Shown: positions 28,701 to 44,250 of the stretch, piece after piece
Numbering within the stretch: position 1 is the first letter of the stretch
Layout: each line of letters opens with the position of its first letter
Assembly (NCBI GenBank): GCA_002633005.1
Contig: NMRA01000199.1
Coordinates: 601,376-665,375 of the forward strand
Length of the DNA: 64,000 nucleotides
Source of the DNA: Phoronis australis
Lineage: Eukaryota > Animalia > Phoronida
Reading direction: 5' to 3'
Translations under genes and position numbers: made by a program
Notes under the pieces: model-generated
What the model saw: only the letters and a program-made list of their open reading frames with translations
What the model was told of the DNA's origin: nothing
The model's database searches: none

Positions 28701-31700
28701 GAATTTCTGAAAATTCAGTCAGAGTGCGGATTGAGAGTCAGTGTGACAGTACTGTACACATATGTAATTCAAAGACCCAATATTATTGAACTTACCACAA
28801 TAGGATTTGGCACTGATGTAATAAGAATTTCATCTTGGTCCGCCATTATTCCTGGTAATATTTCACGGCCAACACCATCTTCTGAAGCAACAGCCATATA
28901 ACAATGATTATTTTTACAGTTGAGATAGAGGATTATTGTATCAAGATTGTTTTACCAAAATCTACCTTGTAAGCCACAGAAATCCAAAGCAGGTTATGTG
29001 GAAGAATAATACATTCACAGTGCTATCCAGGGAAACCAACTCAGTATTGGACTGATGGGACTTTCTTGTCATTGCTGCACAAAAGAAAATATTTCCTTAA
29101 CAAAATTTGCAGACCTACTAACAAATTAAATACAGAGAAGGTATGAAGACACAACCCACTCTGACAGCTAAACTGTTTCACTGCAAACATTGACAACAAC
29201 AAAATCTGTCAAGCTATGAATCCATAAAACTAACAAGGGCAAAAACATTGTGTTTGCCTCTGTCATCACTAGGCAATCAGAACAAGCATTCTCTTTACAA
29301 ATAACCTGAGCAGCCAGGGGTGCAATATGTCACACAAGTACACTAAATAATCTGCAATCTGACAGCTTAAACAAATGATCAAGGGAATACTTTTCAACAC
29401 AGTTGAAGATTCAAACACAGGGCAAAGCTAGTCTGGGAAGCTCTCTCCCAGGGATGGCTTTCACATAATGAGTAGGGGTGCTGCACAACATTTTAAACCA
29501 ATCAATTAAGTACATTGATACATGAGCTATCAGGAAAACGGGTACCACAAGAGACCAAACCAAATCAAATATCCTACCTGAGATTTCAGCAGATAATTAT
29601 AAGTACATTACCAAATCCAAATTATCCACACAAGGCAATATGTACGAGCTAGTAAAATACCCATCCCAGTCTCATGTCCCTATCAACCCGACCCTCTATG
29701 AAACCGGCACCCCCAGGTTTACCAGCCTCTTCAACCACCAATCTGCTGTCAAGTAGCTGTTCATGTAACAAGATGCTGGATAGTTAGAGCCCTGCAGCTT
29801 AAGGCTTTCAATAAACTGTTTCTTTATGCACAACAGTATATGATATAACAAGACTGAAATCCTATAAAGGTTAACAGATATTAAATGAAAGGCAGAAGCT
29901 AGAAAGTCTATTCAGACTGATTCTGAAGAAAAGAGTGCCTATATAATCTTCTCAAAAGAATCCTCTCAAGGATATGTGGTACGTAAGCATTGGTAGGCAA
30001 GGAAGAAGATACTTAACATCCATACAGAACAATTAACACAAAGACGCTAACATTGTATATCAATTGACAGAAAACGTGGTCTCAGCGTTTTTCATGTATC
30101 ATTATCTAGACTAATGTGTTGCCATTGGAAACCGTTGGGGACCTTCAGGTACCAGCGATATTGTAAACTTCGAGATCTACTGGGAGAAAATTAACCAAAG
30201 CCAATGTAACAAAAATCAATGAACTAATTATGACCGTGTCTTACTTCAGTGTTCAAGTTATAAAGCAAGATAAATTCTGGGATTAGGAAATCAGATTTCT
30301 AAACAAAAGGCATTAAAATGTAAAATGTTCTTAATAAATATTTTATGCAATCGCGTTAACATGTAGTATGAAAATCAACAATATATTCTAGGCCTGTGTC
30401 TACACGAGTCAATTTGCAGTGCAAGAATGCCCTACAGAAATTACAGATAGACCCAGAGAAGAGACTGCGGCTTACCTTTCAGTAATGCTTAATCAATTGA
30501 GGTAAGATTCACAAGTAGAGAAGAAGACAGATAACAAGTTACACGTTTGATAAGGCATGATGAGACGTTATTCATCTTGAAGTTCACCATGTTTAACTTG
30601 AACACCAAATAGAAAACAACCCCTCCACTGGGATTATCAGTCAACAGATGTACCCTCCAGTTACTGTCTTATCAGTCAAGAGGACTTAGTGAGGTAGTCT
30701 GTGATTTATGGTTCTAATAAAAGGCAGAAAAAGATAAATCAACTATATAGGCATTTATTACTTTTTGTTTCATAAAAAATTACCCGATTCCAGTTCTACT
30801 GAATTTAATTAAATTAATCTCGTTCTAAGTTGCTGTTTAGTTTTAGTTTCCCCAGTGTTTGATTGATCCCTATTTTTGATATCAACACTGAGAAACTGGC
30901 CAAACATTAATAGTTTGAACAATTATTCAAATACTCATAAATTCTGTCAATTTTCATAAAACACGACATTTTGAGACATTTTCAGAAACTTGATGATTCG
31001 ATGTGGCATGATGACTTTTAATTGCACATGCACTTTCCTCACTTTTTCCATGAGCAACTAATTATTGACAAAAACAAAACTGCAACAACTTACTGCTGAC
31101 ATCTGGCCCAGAGTAAAATGGATGACTTTTCTGGCTGGTGAGCAATCCATGACATCTTGAGCTCAGAGTTGAACTCATGGTTGAGTTCTGCCACTGACTC
31201 TTACTGGAAGATGGTCTGCTTACAGGTGGCTACAATTGTTCAAGCAAAGCTCTTTTCAGCACATGGATGACAATCAGATCGAAACGAGTATTTTCAAAGG
31301 CACCACGACACATGATCAACTATTTTGGTGAACGTTTTGGCTTTTAAAATTACTGTATACGTGAATCGCATCTCAAATGGAAGCACTTCAGTCTACGTCT
31401 ACTCTGAAGGGCTTTTGTTCACATGGGCCTTTACTCTATATTAGTTAGGACCTGATACTCCACATTAAGGGTTGATATTTCATGTATTCATACTTTTCAA
31501 TGTCTCCAAAATAATGCCATGAATCACAGAAAATTAAAACCAATGCCATCTTGAGGTGTTCGAGTGACCTTTAACTAGACAGTATATTGGTTATTTAGAT
31601 GGCACCATTATTGTACAAAGTGCATAGCATTCCTATGTTCATGCTGTGTCCCTACCATAATTGTGTGGATGAAGTAGAACACACCATAAGTTCAGCTGCG

Positions 31701-34700
31701 GCACAAGGTACTACACTACCAGTTTAGTACGTACTCAGGCATAAACACATTGCCGACCAAACAGACCTGAGGTTTGCCGACTACTCTGGACCGTCTCTCA
31801 CAACAAAACTGACTTGTGTATTTTTTAATTCACTAGTCGATTTATAGAAACCAAACTGCTTGACAACAGTATCAAGAAGAAAATTGAGTTCCAATTTGAC
31901 TTCAGATGTTGGAAAGGACCCAGGGGCTTCATTCACTAATTAAAATGGCATAACTTTACAAGTGACTTTACAAGATTTTCCTCCACACAGTGTCCAAACT
32001 GAGATTTCAATGCCAAAAACTTACTATTGACCATAAGTCTTCATTTAGTTTGTGTGCAAAAAAGGTCACAAATTTACGACATTTCATTGAAACAGCTGAT
32101 GAAATGTTCCTCTAACCTAAGCATGCAATGTTCAAATCCTGGTGGGTCACTCATATTGACAAGGTGCCCCCAGGCGTGTACAAATTATTGCTGGTGCGGG
32201 TGGCAGGTCTGCCAATTCCCACCTCCTTTTGAGGGGTAGATTTTTCTGCCTCACCCCTTTTACGGGATAATTTTCTCTGCTCCACCCCTTACTGCAGTGT
32301 TCCTCTACAATCCATTCCGTTGTCGGTGAGCTTATATTTAATCAAACCAGTGTAAGCGAAAGTACATGTTTTACGTCTACAACAGTATGTCCACAGTAAG
32401 TCTACTGTATGGTTTTTAGTTGCAAGAGGCAACATTTGCTTTAAGATTTTAACAGGCTACCATGCCAAATAAAAATTTAGGGGTCTGTTGGACCCCACGC
32501 GGGTCCCACAAAACTTGCTGAAAAAGTACCACCTGTTGGCACCTTGTCAATATGACTGACCCCCCCCCCCCCAAAAAAAATGCAGGGCACTAGACATCAT
32601 TGCAAACATTGCCAGCACACCATCTGTTGGCCACATCACGTGACCTAATGAATATAAGTCTGAAAAGATTTCTGCCCTGGACCTTCTGCTAACCGAGTAG
32701 CTCTACAAACTGAGCCATTGAGACCACCGGTCAAACACAGAAATCCAATCAGACTAATATTCATTAGGTCAGGTGACATGTGACATCGGTAGTGCTGGCA
32801 AGACTTAAATGTTTGTCACATATTTTCCACACCATATTGAGATTGACATATTCAATTACATTATTGTACATTCCACAATAGACACTTACATTGTGGAGTT
32901 TCTGTAAACCTTCCATTAGTGCTAATGTTGATTTCATATCTCCATCACATACACCTGTAGATTTAAAACAAGTTATAGTAGATTCACCAAACATAAGACC
33001 AAATTGCTTGCATCATATACTTAAAGCATTTATTTAGTGACCAAGAAACTAATGCTTTAGCATCAAATTTCATTTACTCCAGTTAACAACCAATTTGCTT
33101 GACAATCACTCATTAACTGTCTCATCAAATCTCCCTCATCTGGCATCAGTGAACTACTGATTTAGAACTGGTTCTCAAAAATGACAACCAAAATGCCAAG
33201 ATCAGGTTTGTGAAAACAATGAAACAATTCTTTATCAGATTTACAGTACCATTTACACTATAGACACAGACATAGAGCAGCTGACACAGAGCCAGTTGAC
33301 ATGGTACAACTACGTGTGTAAATAGAAGTTGAGGTAGAGCAACTTGCGACTTATGTCCATGTCAACTATTACCGTCTAAACATGAAACTGGGACAAGGCA
33401 GCAGCAACCGTGTTATCTGCACTTGCACAATACCGGCATACAGGTGATCAGTTTAGCTCAAAATCTATGACTGACTTCTTTTTGCGTAGTTATCTGTTTA
33501 GTTAAACCGTTGCCAATTTACACATTATTCTGCCTCCAGATATGCAAAAAAACTTGCATCACTTTCAACATATACTGCAACTAGCATCATTTGCAACCTT
33601 GACCTTGAACACTATGCCTTCCCACTGAACTACTTCCATCTTGTCACCATTTCTCAGTTGTGTAAAGAACCACTTGAAACCCATCATCTTGCGACAATTG
33701 GGTTTGCGCCATAAACTAGACTCGTGTCGAGTAATTTTATTGCTCACGCAATAAAACAACTAAACAAATTCATTTCTTGGTTAATTTTGTATCAAACACT
33801 GGCATTACTTAGGAAACTATTTACACGAAAAGCAATAATGCAGAGAATTTCAGCTACAAACCTATTCATGTATTTAGTATGTTCTAAATAATCTGTCAAA
33901 GTAGAAAACAAAAAGAAGCAAGTGCCAAGAAGCAAGTAAGAGGAAGAGGCCTCTACCTTCTGCAGTCAGTTGGCTGGTGTCAACCCCTTTGCTAGCAAGG
34001 AACTTGAGACATCTTTCAACATTTTCCACTTTCTGAGCTTTTATGATTGGTCGATATTGTGCACCCGCAACTTTTTCTTCCACTGAAAACAAGAAACACT
34101 TGTGCTAAAAACAGAACAGCCACCAATGATTGTGACGTATCTTGAAGTTCACTTTTCATCAAATACTGTTTCAATCATCCTTTTCAACCCATAATACATG
34201 AAAATTATGATTTTTTGCCTTAAAACATTGCAGTATCATTCAAAATAAAGGGCCTTGACTGAGCCCATGGTACCGTTAATTTCTAAGAGACACCAACATG
34301 TCTGTGTCCTTTTTTCAAAGATAGATGATGACTCCGCAATAGTGTCTCTGAATGAAATCTGTACAGCCTATAGACACTGGACCGCTCGAAGCTTTTTGAC
34401 GATATCTGATCATATCAACAGGTCTTATTGACTTAACAATCTGTGCAGATTTTTAAGAACCATTGTTACCAGGTGAAACTATTAGTTTGTCATTACTATT
34501 GTGGCTTGAGGCAATTTCAAAGCTTCCAGTAATCTGGGAGTAATACACAGTTGTTAAATGCATGCAAGTCTAACAATGGACTGATTTGGCAACATTCCCA
34601 AAAGAAGTGGCAAATTATGTGTTTATCTTACATATAAAGAGCTCTTCTTAAGTGAGTACTTTCAGCTGACCTTAATCACCAAACAACATTACAATAATAG

Positions 34701-37700
34701 TAAAAAGCACATAAAACACCAAGCGCGATGACGTCAAATCCACATTAGTTAGGGTTGATAGCAAGACAATAAAGAAGAAAGAAGGGGAGTCATGTTACAC
34801 AAAAAGCAAATTTAACTGAAAACAAATCAAAGGTAACCATAAACAATTTGATAAAATACCACCACAGTTACCTGTAAACAGACTAGAGATTACTGCATTC
34901 TCCAAATACAGTCGAGTAAGCTTGAATCAGTGGTGATATGATGTAGAACTGCTTCAGTTCAAGACCAAGAACATGTATCGGTTGTACAACTCTTCATAAC
35001 ACAACTCTGTCCAGACGCCACTTCACAACTATAATACCACATATTCCTACAGCATCTCTTAAAATCTGATTAGCCTTTGACAATACCTAAGAAAACTTAA
35101 CAATGCAGTGCGAAAATAGGCCACTAATGTAAGAGCACTTAATGTACGCCCTGCTGTTCATCTTTGAAACTGATTCAATGTCATCCACACCTGAGCTTAA
35201 ATGCTTTAGTATTCCTTGTCAAGGATGTGTCTATCATCTAATAAAACCCTATATGCAGTTAGCTGTATGTCAAGGGATGGAAATGTTATTACCCATAAAT
35301 TATGTATTGCACGCAAACATAAATACCTTAATTATGGTATCTTACAAAACTATAGTGACAGTGACAAATAAATCCAGAAAATATCGAGAATTTCATCCCT
35401 GAAGCTGAAAATACATTTGAATGATTTTTGATATATAAAATGGATACTCCAACTAGCTGTTCTACTGCTACAGCTGCTGCTGGGATGGCACTGCCAGCCT
35501 GCCTGCATCTACTGTAATTCTCCACTAGTTTTGCACAAAAATAATTGTCCAGCTGTCATTTTTCCAGTTTTCAAAGGCAGATTACATTGCTAAAAATAAT
35601 GAAAATCTTTCTAAATGTTGTTTTATGATATATAAATAGTAGAAACTGTGCTAGCAATAGACTAAATTTTTCATTTGTATTTTTGCGGAGAAATTTGGCA
35701 ACACAGAATTACACTTGTTAGCCATATTGTATGTTAAATAAGTAAAGAATTCGAGTTTGGCAAAATCTTACCAATTTAGGACACAATATGGCCAAAAGCT
35801 GAACCTTATTTTCTCAATTTTTTATAGGAAATAAAAAACACCAAATTAATTCTTTACCATGTTCAATTTTTCTATGATACCTAACATCACGCAAAATTTT
35901 GAAAACTTCTGGGTCATAGACCTCATTGTGATGTCTATGATCTGGGCACTTACAACAGCATAAGAAGGCACTGAAAAATGATAATTTTGGCAATTAGTTT
36001 TGTCCGAAATTGGTGATTTTATTGTACTGCTGTCACACAGTGATACACTACTGCTCAATCTTCAGCCTAACAACTGGTTCCTAGGTTCAAAAATTGTTTG
36101 ATAAATTTCAAGACATGTCAGCAAAAGAATACACCTTAATTAGAACAAAACAAAAGCTCAGGTAGACCATTAAAAATAATAAAATTCAAGCTAAATAATT
36201 CTGGACACCAAAACAGAGAAGAAACAAATTCCTCAAAAATATTAATCATAAGCAAAGTGGATGCCTTAGTGATAAAAGGTAAGAACCAACATCCAAGTTA
36301 GAACACCATCACCGTAGGTTGTTACTGGCAGCTTGCTAGTTAAGGGATAGTTCGTTGCGATACAGTAAACATTCTTTATGTTCGGCACATGTCCCATAAT
36401 GAACATAAGCCCTGTGTCAGTGAAGCTATGTTTCCAGCAATAAAAGAAGAGCAATTGGGTTGACGAAAATAGTCACTTAATATGACAGAACAAAGGAAAG
36501 GTGGTCATAAAAAATCACCACCACCTAATGAAAAAGGGTGACAAGAAACATCATACAGTGAAAATAGGTGGAATATGTGTGGTAGGTTAAACAGTAAAAA
36601 TAAATTTGTACTGGTGTTCACAGCAAGTATAACTGATAGGAGTGTCGCACAAAAAAACCACACTATCCAAGACAAAGAAATACGAAGACACAAAACACAC
36701 CCAATTGAAACAGTGAATGGTGGTGTCAATTCCCTATGAAATGAACACTAATGAGAGGGCCAGAAAGTGACGGCATGGGTTTGATTACGACACAGCACAC
36801 GAGAATTGAGGAACGATCCAGGCAAATTGCGCACATTGGAATTACCGTAGATGAGATTCAGAAGGACCAGCCCATTATGCTCACATGAAACATATTTAAT
36901 GTGAAATCTAATTTATATTTGGCATATCCCCTGTAATGAACATACGGTAGGCCGCTCATTAGTGAAGCTCCGTTTCCAATGAGAGAAATGCAGAATCTGG
37001 TTGACAAACATAAACCCGTCTTCCATCACAAAAAACAACTTTTGATTTAGACCACTAACTGTTATGAAATTGTCCTCAAAATGTTCTTTAAAATTGGTGA
37101 TTATTTCAGGGCTTGAAAATAACTAGTAGTACCATATTGCTCGAGACAAGGTTCTACAAGTTGGTTTGTCAGCGTGTCATTTTATATGCCAGGCATAGCC
37201 TTGAGGAATTGAATATGTGATCTAAAGCAACACAGGTTTGCAGCCAATTTAAATATGGTACAATAGAATTGCTGAAGAGTTTTTCCATTTTTCTAAGGCA
37301 TGTTACGATCCTTGCGACTTCTCAAAATGTTGCCAAATGTCGTTAGATACCTGTACAGTACAAATCACAAGCTAACAACAAATAAAAATTTCTCGACCAT
37401 TATTTTGCCGAGTAATTTGACAGAATAATATCCCACTTCCTACCTTATTCTGTGCTGAACTGGAGAATATCTATGGTAAGTTAAGTCCTACCAGATTCAC
37501 CTGCTTGAGTATCACTTCACAGGCCACACTACCATCTGCAGGGCAGACACTTCTTGAACCACTCAGTCAATGCACTGAATTTCAAACCAAAACAACTGCT
37601 ATTTATCCTGCACCCTGGGGCCTATTTAGACAGTTATTTTACCAACCTACTCTTTACAATGAGGGACACATAAGACAGGACTAATATTATGTAACGGCCA

Positions 37701-40700
37701 CTGATCCCTTGTTATGATATGAGCATGCTAGTTAGTACCCCACTAGAAACATCTTGTGGTTAGCCACATATAAACAAGCATGACAACCTCAATAATCAAA
37801 CATCTGAGCATGCACTACTTTTTACTATTCTCATCAAAGGTTTACTCCAGATTTCCAAACAAAATAAGATTTCGGAAATCTTTATCCCTATTATTCAGTG
37901 TAAAATGTGAATTATGTAAACAGTAAAAAATGTGGAAAAGTGTTGAAAAAGGTAATCAGCATGAATGAAAAGTTACAACTGTTAACGACAGAAGATTTTT
38001 TTGTGCAAACTAAGAAAAGAATTATACCGCCAATGGCAAGTTAGGAATCAGAGTCAGTTTAATGGTCCCTGCTGATCATGAGTCAAAGGACATAAACATT
38101 GAATTAAACTCTTTGCATGCATACATGCACACATACACAGACATCCACATGCAGACACACACATAAGCTCTAAGATCTGGAATGATACTTATAGCTGAAA
38201 TGAGAATCCTGTCCATATCAACCAAAAATAGCATTAATCAACTTAATTACGAACAGATACGATTTTCTGTCTCCATAGTGAACATCAGGTAAATCACTTT
38301 AAAGCACCATCAAGTTAAATACAAAATCAATAGGAAAGAATCTACATACAACTCTTTAACATAGTGGGAACACAAAAGTGTCTTTGTTTGACCCAATTGT
38401 ACTGGACTGTCCATGTTTACAGGGATAAACCACAATTTCTTTCATCATGTGAACAGTTTGAGAAGTTTACATCTTTGTGCTAATCCTTTGAATATCTCAC
38501 CACAAAATAGTGGCAATTTTACTGCATTTAGTTGTGCACTCCATTGAACAGGCTTTTGATACTTTCCAAGAAGACATTAGACACTCAAGGTTTCACAGCA
38601 CCTTGAACTTAGGTAAGAGATTGTTAGTGTCATGAGGCCTGTTTATAAAGGAAACCTGATCTAAGGTCCTAGTGTGTGAGTGCGACATTTGCCATGGCTT
38701 TTCAAAGCATAAAAACACCTTCTAAAATCAGTTGATATATCAAGGACTTAAAAACTGGTTATTTTATGGGAACAAATGCGCTTAAAACTTTGAATTCCTT
38801 ATAAAAAGTAAGGATCATTTTCCCAAGGAAATACAATAAAAATTAGCCAGCTGTTAAGTTTCCACTCTCTGGTACTTGTGGATGAATGGTTTAGTATCTC
38901 TTTGAACTGTGTTGACCAGCGAATTGTGATGGCAGACAAAAGAGCACCAAGTACACTTAAAGGATACTAAATCCTCATTTCTGAGCCCTGATAATGCATC
39001 ATTGGCTCTCAGTTGTGTGACAAAAGCAGGATTCAACTAAAAACACATTCTTACTTACCATATTATGGTTCTTTGTGGGTAATCTTTCCCTGAAAGTTGT
39101 GACCAAGTAAATCCCTTAAAGGGTAGATTAAGTACTTTCAAGGAGCTTTCAAAATTTGATCCAATTTTTTTAGGGTTGGGAAAGATTATAGAGCATTATT
39201 TTGTATTACAAAGCTGGATTGCAAAATTGATGCTAGCATCTGTTAATAGGTCAAAATTGTAGCCTTTTAAAAGTGTGCCCAATTTGCCAGATACATTTAA
39301 CCAGGATGCCTTAATAATTTAGAATACTTTCTTCAATTTGGTAAACTGAAAAATTGTCAGAAACAGGTGCATTTCCATATTTATATCAAGAAGACACTTT
39401 TCCTCATAATTTCAGGAAAAAAAAAAACAAAGTGCAGCATCAACTTCTAATGTCTAAATTTGAAGGAATTGTTTCATAAGTTGTTTAAAGTAAAATACAT
39501 CAATTCCGTGATATTCATTAGTGTTACATATTGCTTGACAAACTCAAGTGAAGTAGTAGTGAAAATGGCTGGGACACAATGGTGCCATCCCCATGCATTT
39601 TGAAATCCCAGAAATCCTTCAGGAAAAAACACGGTCATGTCCCCAAAGGATTCATGAATACTGGAAAGTTGTGTTGCGCCTATTGGCAGACACTGACACT
39701 ACACAGGCAGTACAGTACAATGCACGCGCCAGCACCAATGTTTTTTATGACACAGATAAGCTCCAACTTTTAATTGAATCAACAAACCACCTACTAGGTT
39801 ATGAATAATTTTTACCTGGTATTAATCCATCAAAATTTGTTGGAACTGCAGAATTCCACAAAATTCGATTCCCAATATCAAACTTTTCTCAAATTTCAGG
39901 AGACAAATCCCAGGGAAAATCTATTTATGAGGTGACTTGTATGCAATTCGAAACCAGACTCGGGCTCTTGACCAATGGCAGTACAGCTTGTGCTCTATCA
40001 CTTGGGTATTTATTCAATTAACAACTGGAACTTAAGTTACCAGCCTCACAGGTGTCTTTTAAAGGCATAGCTGAAAAAAAATCCTTAAAATATTTGGGAT
40101 TCTGAAATACAGGCTACTTGGTATATGCACACAGATCTAATTAATTAAAGCAGCTACAAACCAAAGGCGGTGAATGGAATTTAGAGCCACGCCATGGAAT
40201 CATTTCCAGCCTCTGAACCAGAAGTGTTCTGCCTGGAACAGAAATGTGCTCTAGCTACTATAAAACTTGTCTAAAGTTGTTCCTAACTCAGATCAAAATG
40301 GATACTTGGCTTGGAAAAAAATTAATTGACAGTTCTTTTGACACCTTGGTCTCAGCTAATAAAATGACACATCGTGACAATCCAAGGTGACAAGCTCTTG
40401 AGCCAGGTCCAAAAAATGTCAGTGTCTTCCAAACCTCAAAATCACCTGTCATGTGGGTAAAGAACGAGTTGATACCACTTTCATAATGTAAATGGTCTAA
40501 ATCAAAATATAGTTTTGATAGAAACCAGGAATATGACAGCTTTAAATGTCCATAGTTGGTGAAGCATCCATCTTACACCTCCTTGCTGTATAACTACACA
40601 ACAGCACAGATCTCCAGGCTCATTTTACACAAATAGCCTCAAAATTTTCACAGTCTGAGCACACCAGTCAATGCATGGTGCACTGAATGTTGTGCTGCAT

Positions 40701-43700
40701 GAATATTACAGTTTTAGTACAGTCAGAAAATAATTGCACTCACATTACTCCACTCCACACTGTGACGATTGCTCAGTTGAATGGGCTTCTCAACCAGCCT
40801 CCCAACACACAGCTTTGAATTGATTATTGAAGAAATAAACACTCTCTCCAATAAAACCCAGGTAATCTGATATCTTAAAGCCCCTTTTGCAGGAAACCTG
40901 AGGTGGAAAAGGTTTTTATTCAACACATGGCAATTGTTTCCAATGACATCAATATGTCTGTGGCATTTGAAGTTAGCAAGGTATAGTGTTTACTCAGTGA
41001 AATGTTAACAGGCAACTGGTGATGGACAAGTTAAAGACTGGCCCTATGAAAAAACGCAGCTACCAGCACTTAATTGATATTAGCCTTACTTACACGCAAA
41101 AATGTTAATGGTTTGTATGGATAACTGCAACTCCATAGTTTTCAGATCAGATGAGACTATTACAACATTTTATCACATCATAGAAATTGCTTTAGTGCCT
41201 AAATCTGGCAAAATGTCCACTTCAATTTTACAAAACTAAATACTTTTTTAAAAATGCCCATGATCTGTTATGCTGCCACCGAGTGGACCTAAGCATCAAC
41301 TCAAACGAAAGATACTGCCCCCACCCCCCAACAATGAGCACCATCTATGTGTCAACACTGTAACTAGGCAGGCCAAATTTCAAATCAATTGCATGGAACC
41401 TTATCACATTTAAAAACACTGAGCCCATTTTATATTATTTTGTTAGAAAATCAGTCATCAACATGGTTTATGAAGGTGGGCTTTCAACTTGGAATGAGAT
41501 TTTTGATCATTGTTCGCTACCTATGTTTCACACTTACAAAAAATGCCCGGCTTAGGACTATCTCATCTGTAAGAGAATATACCATCATAAAACAGGTTCA
41601 TAGAGAAAACAGATGACACTTACAAAGGCAGTACTACAATAATCTCTCATTAACTTTGTGCCATCCATTCATTTACACCCAAAATTATTTGGCAAAACAA
41701 AATAAAATAATTTTCTACCTTTTTGCATACTACCGTAGTACACCACAATTACAGCATATTTAATATATTCAAAAAAGACATGTTCGTGCAAAAGTTTGAA
41801 TTTCTATTTGTAAAGAGAACCTAGTCACCATTTGCAGCTTGCCATTCTAAAATCTGGTTGTTCTGATACATACACGATAGCTTTTCAGTTATTTCCCAGC
41901 TGCACATCCGCAATACCTGACTGTCATGTCAGCACACCCCCAGGTTTTGGAACACAAAAGTGATTTATTTTGAGCAAAATCATAGAATGATTAGTATACA
42001 TTACCAGTTCTTCACTTCTAGATCAGCTGATGATTGAAATATGAATGTTCAATATTTATGTTGACTGTTGAGTATATGGGTTTAGGAGAAACCTAAGAAA
42101 GATATCATTCCAATTTTTTCTAACTTGAGAATATCATATCTTAGACATGGCTGATTGTATTCAATTAAAATTTGCAGACATTGTTCTTAATGTACTAATC
42201 TCCAAAATACCGAATTGTCTTAAACCTGCCACTTTACATTACAGACTTAGAGCATTTTCATAAAACGAAAGACGAAACAAAAACTTAGAAAATAGGAACC
42301 ATTTTTCAGATTTCATATCGAATATTAATCAATATTTGTTCATTTTGTTGATATCATTAATTTACCTTGAACATACCTTTTTATATTGCTATATATTTCT
42401 AAAAAGACATGAATTATCTTGGCCCGATATTAACCGCATATTGGCACGAAGTAGGAGACAGTGTGGCTTAGAGGTTTGAGCTCTGGACTCCCCCACCCCC
42501 CGTTTGGGAGACTCCCCGGATCTAATCCCGGATATACTAGCAGACAATGGAGCATTGTACGAAAGTGTCTCCTACTCCTCAGAGCTCGGTCTTACTAGTG
42601 AGTGTATGAATGTACGTAAGGGAACGAATGAGAATCACTTCAAATTACTCGGCTTCAGAGTGTGAAATGTAAAAAGAGAAAGAAGAAGAGAAAGCACCTT
42701 CTAATTACTGAAAGCGGTATTTTCGAAGGCTTTTATACAATTTTGTAGACGTTTTAGTAAATCCCCAGACAAGGCATGAAGTCTCAAATGTCAAACCTTG
42801 AAAAGCTGCCAAACACACTTTACTGACTAACCACTTGACAACTGCTTGAACAAAAGCAAAAAACAGGTTCCAATTCTTAGTGCAAGTTTGCCTACGTGAC
42901 CTACTGCTATACCAACAAAAAGAAAATGTTTTAGTCATAAATTTTCATAAAACGCTTACTATGAACACTATTCATTAATTGAAAAATTTGCTTATCACAG
43001 TGTGAAAACTGTAAGCATAACACAGTGGCTGAACAGGAATTGAATTCGAATGCACAACATAACACAATGGGCGAAATGTGTACTGTGTCACTTTGACGCA
43101 ATTCACATGTTATGCTTGATTAGGACCCAATAACAAAACTAATGTATTGCAAACGGCTTCTATTCATCAATTTTCCCTATATTATACACATGTAGTATCA
43201 TAAAACCCAAAGAAAATAATTCTTCAATATCATCCATAAATTTTGTTGCAACGATAATCTTTTTAACATCCTGTGCAGTAGAAAGGCCAGATTTGTTTGA
43301 GCCTGTTTTTAATACAACTCTGCCATACCAAAAAAACACATACATTCTCAGGTTCTGAAGATATCACTGCAGGGCTCAGTTGGACAATATTGATACACCC
43401 TCGTAGCAAAAATGACGTCGCATTATCACGCGTCACATTGTTGTAGTTAATAATATACCTGATGTCACGCAACAGTCAGGCTTATCCAGCAGAAGTTTTA
43501 TGCAACCCAGCCCAATTGTGTAACTGTATTTGTTTTCAACATGGTGGTAGCACACCAAAGTAATAAAGTCCCATAGTCATGCTCTCATTCAACAGAGTTC
43601 AACGAACCTTCATCTGTATGAGCCTGTTTTGACACATTCAGATTATGTACAAAGTGAATGATACCATTGATATTTTATTAAGTTTCGAATAAGCTCAAAA

Positions 43701-44214
43701 TGGGTCACTTCGCAACTGTTGTAAAGACTATTATGGGTATCCTAAATAGGTCGTCTAATCTTGAACCCTGAATCATTCTGTTGGTTGCAAAATACTTCAA
43801 TATTTTTCACACCACTATAGATTCTATGTAGCTCCATCATGCTTATAGTGAAAAGTCTGTTTTTATAATGGCAATCCCAAATCATCTTTCATGTATTCCA
43901 AAAGCAATTAGCTGGACGTTATCAAATGCTAATTTTTAAATTAGGTTTTTATCTCTACACATGATCAAGAAAAAGTAATTGTCCACAGATTCATCAGAAT
44001 ATACATAGTCTGTATTATTATTTAACTGGGAGTAATCTAACCAGAGATTTTAAGATGTAGTGCTACGCAAATGATGACCTGACCGGCAGCAGTGTACTGC
44101 CTTTGGTATGACCAGAGGCAAATGATACTCTTTCAGTAAAAGTTACTCGTTTAAAAATACAAACATTTTACAGCAAATGAATTGTGCATAAACACACACA
44201 TGTACATACTGATT

Positions 44215-44250
<36 letters not shown>

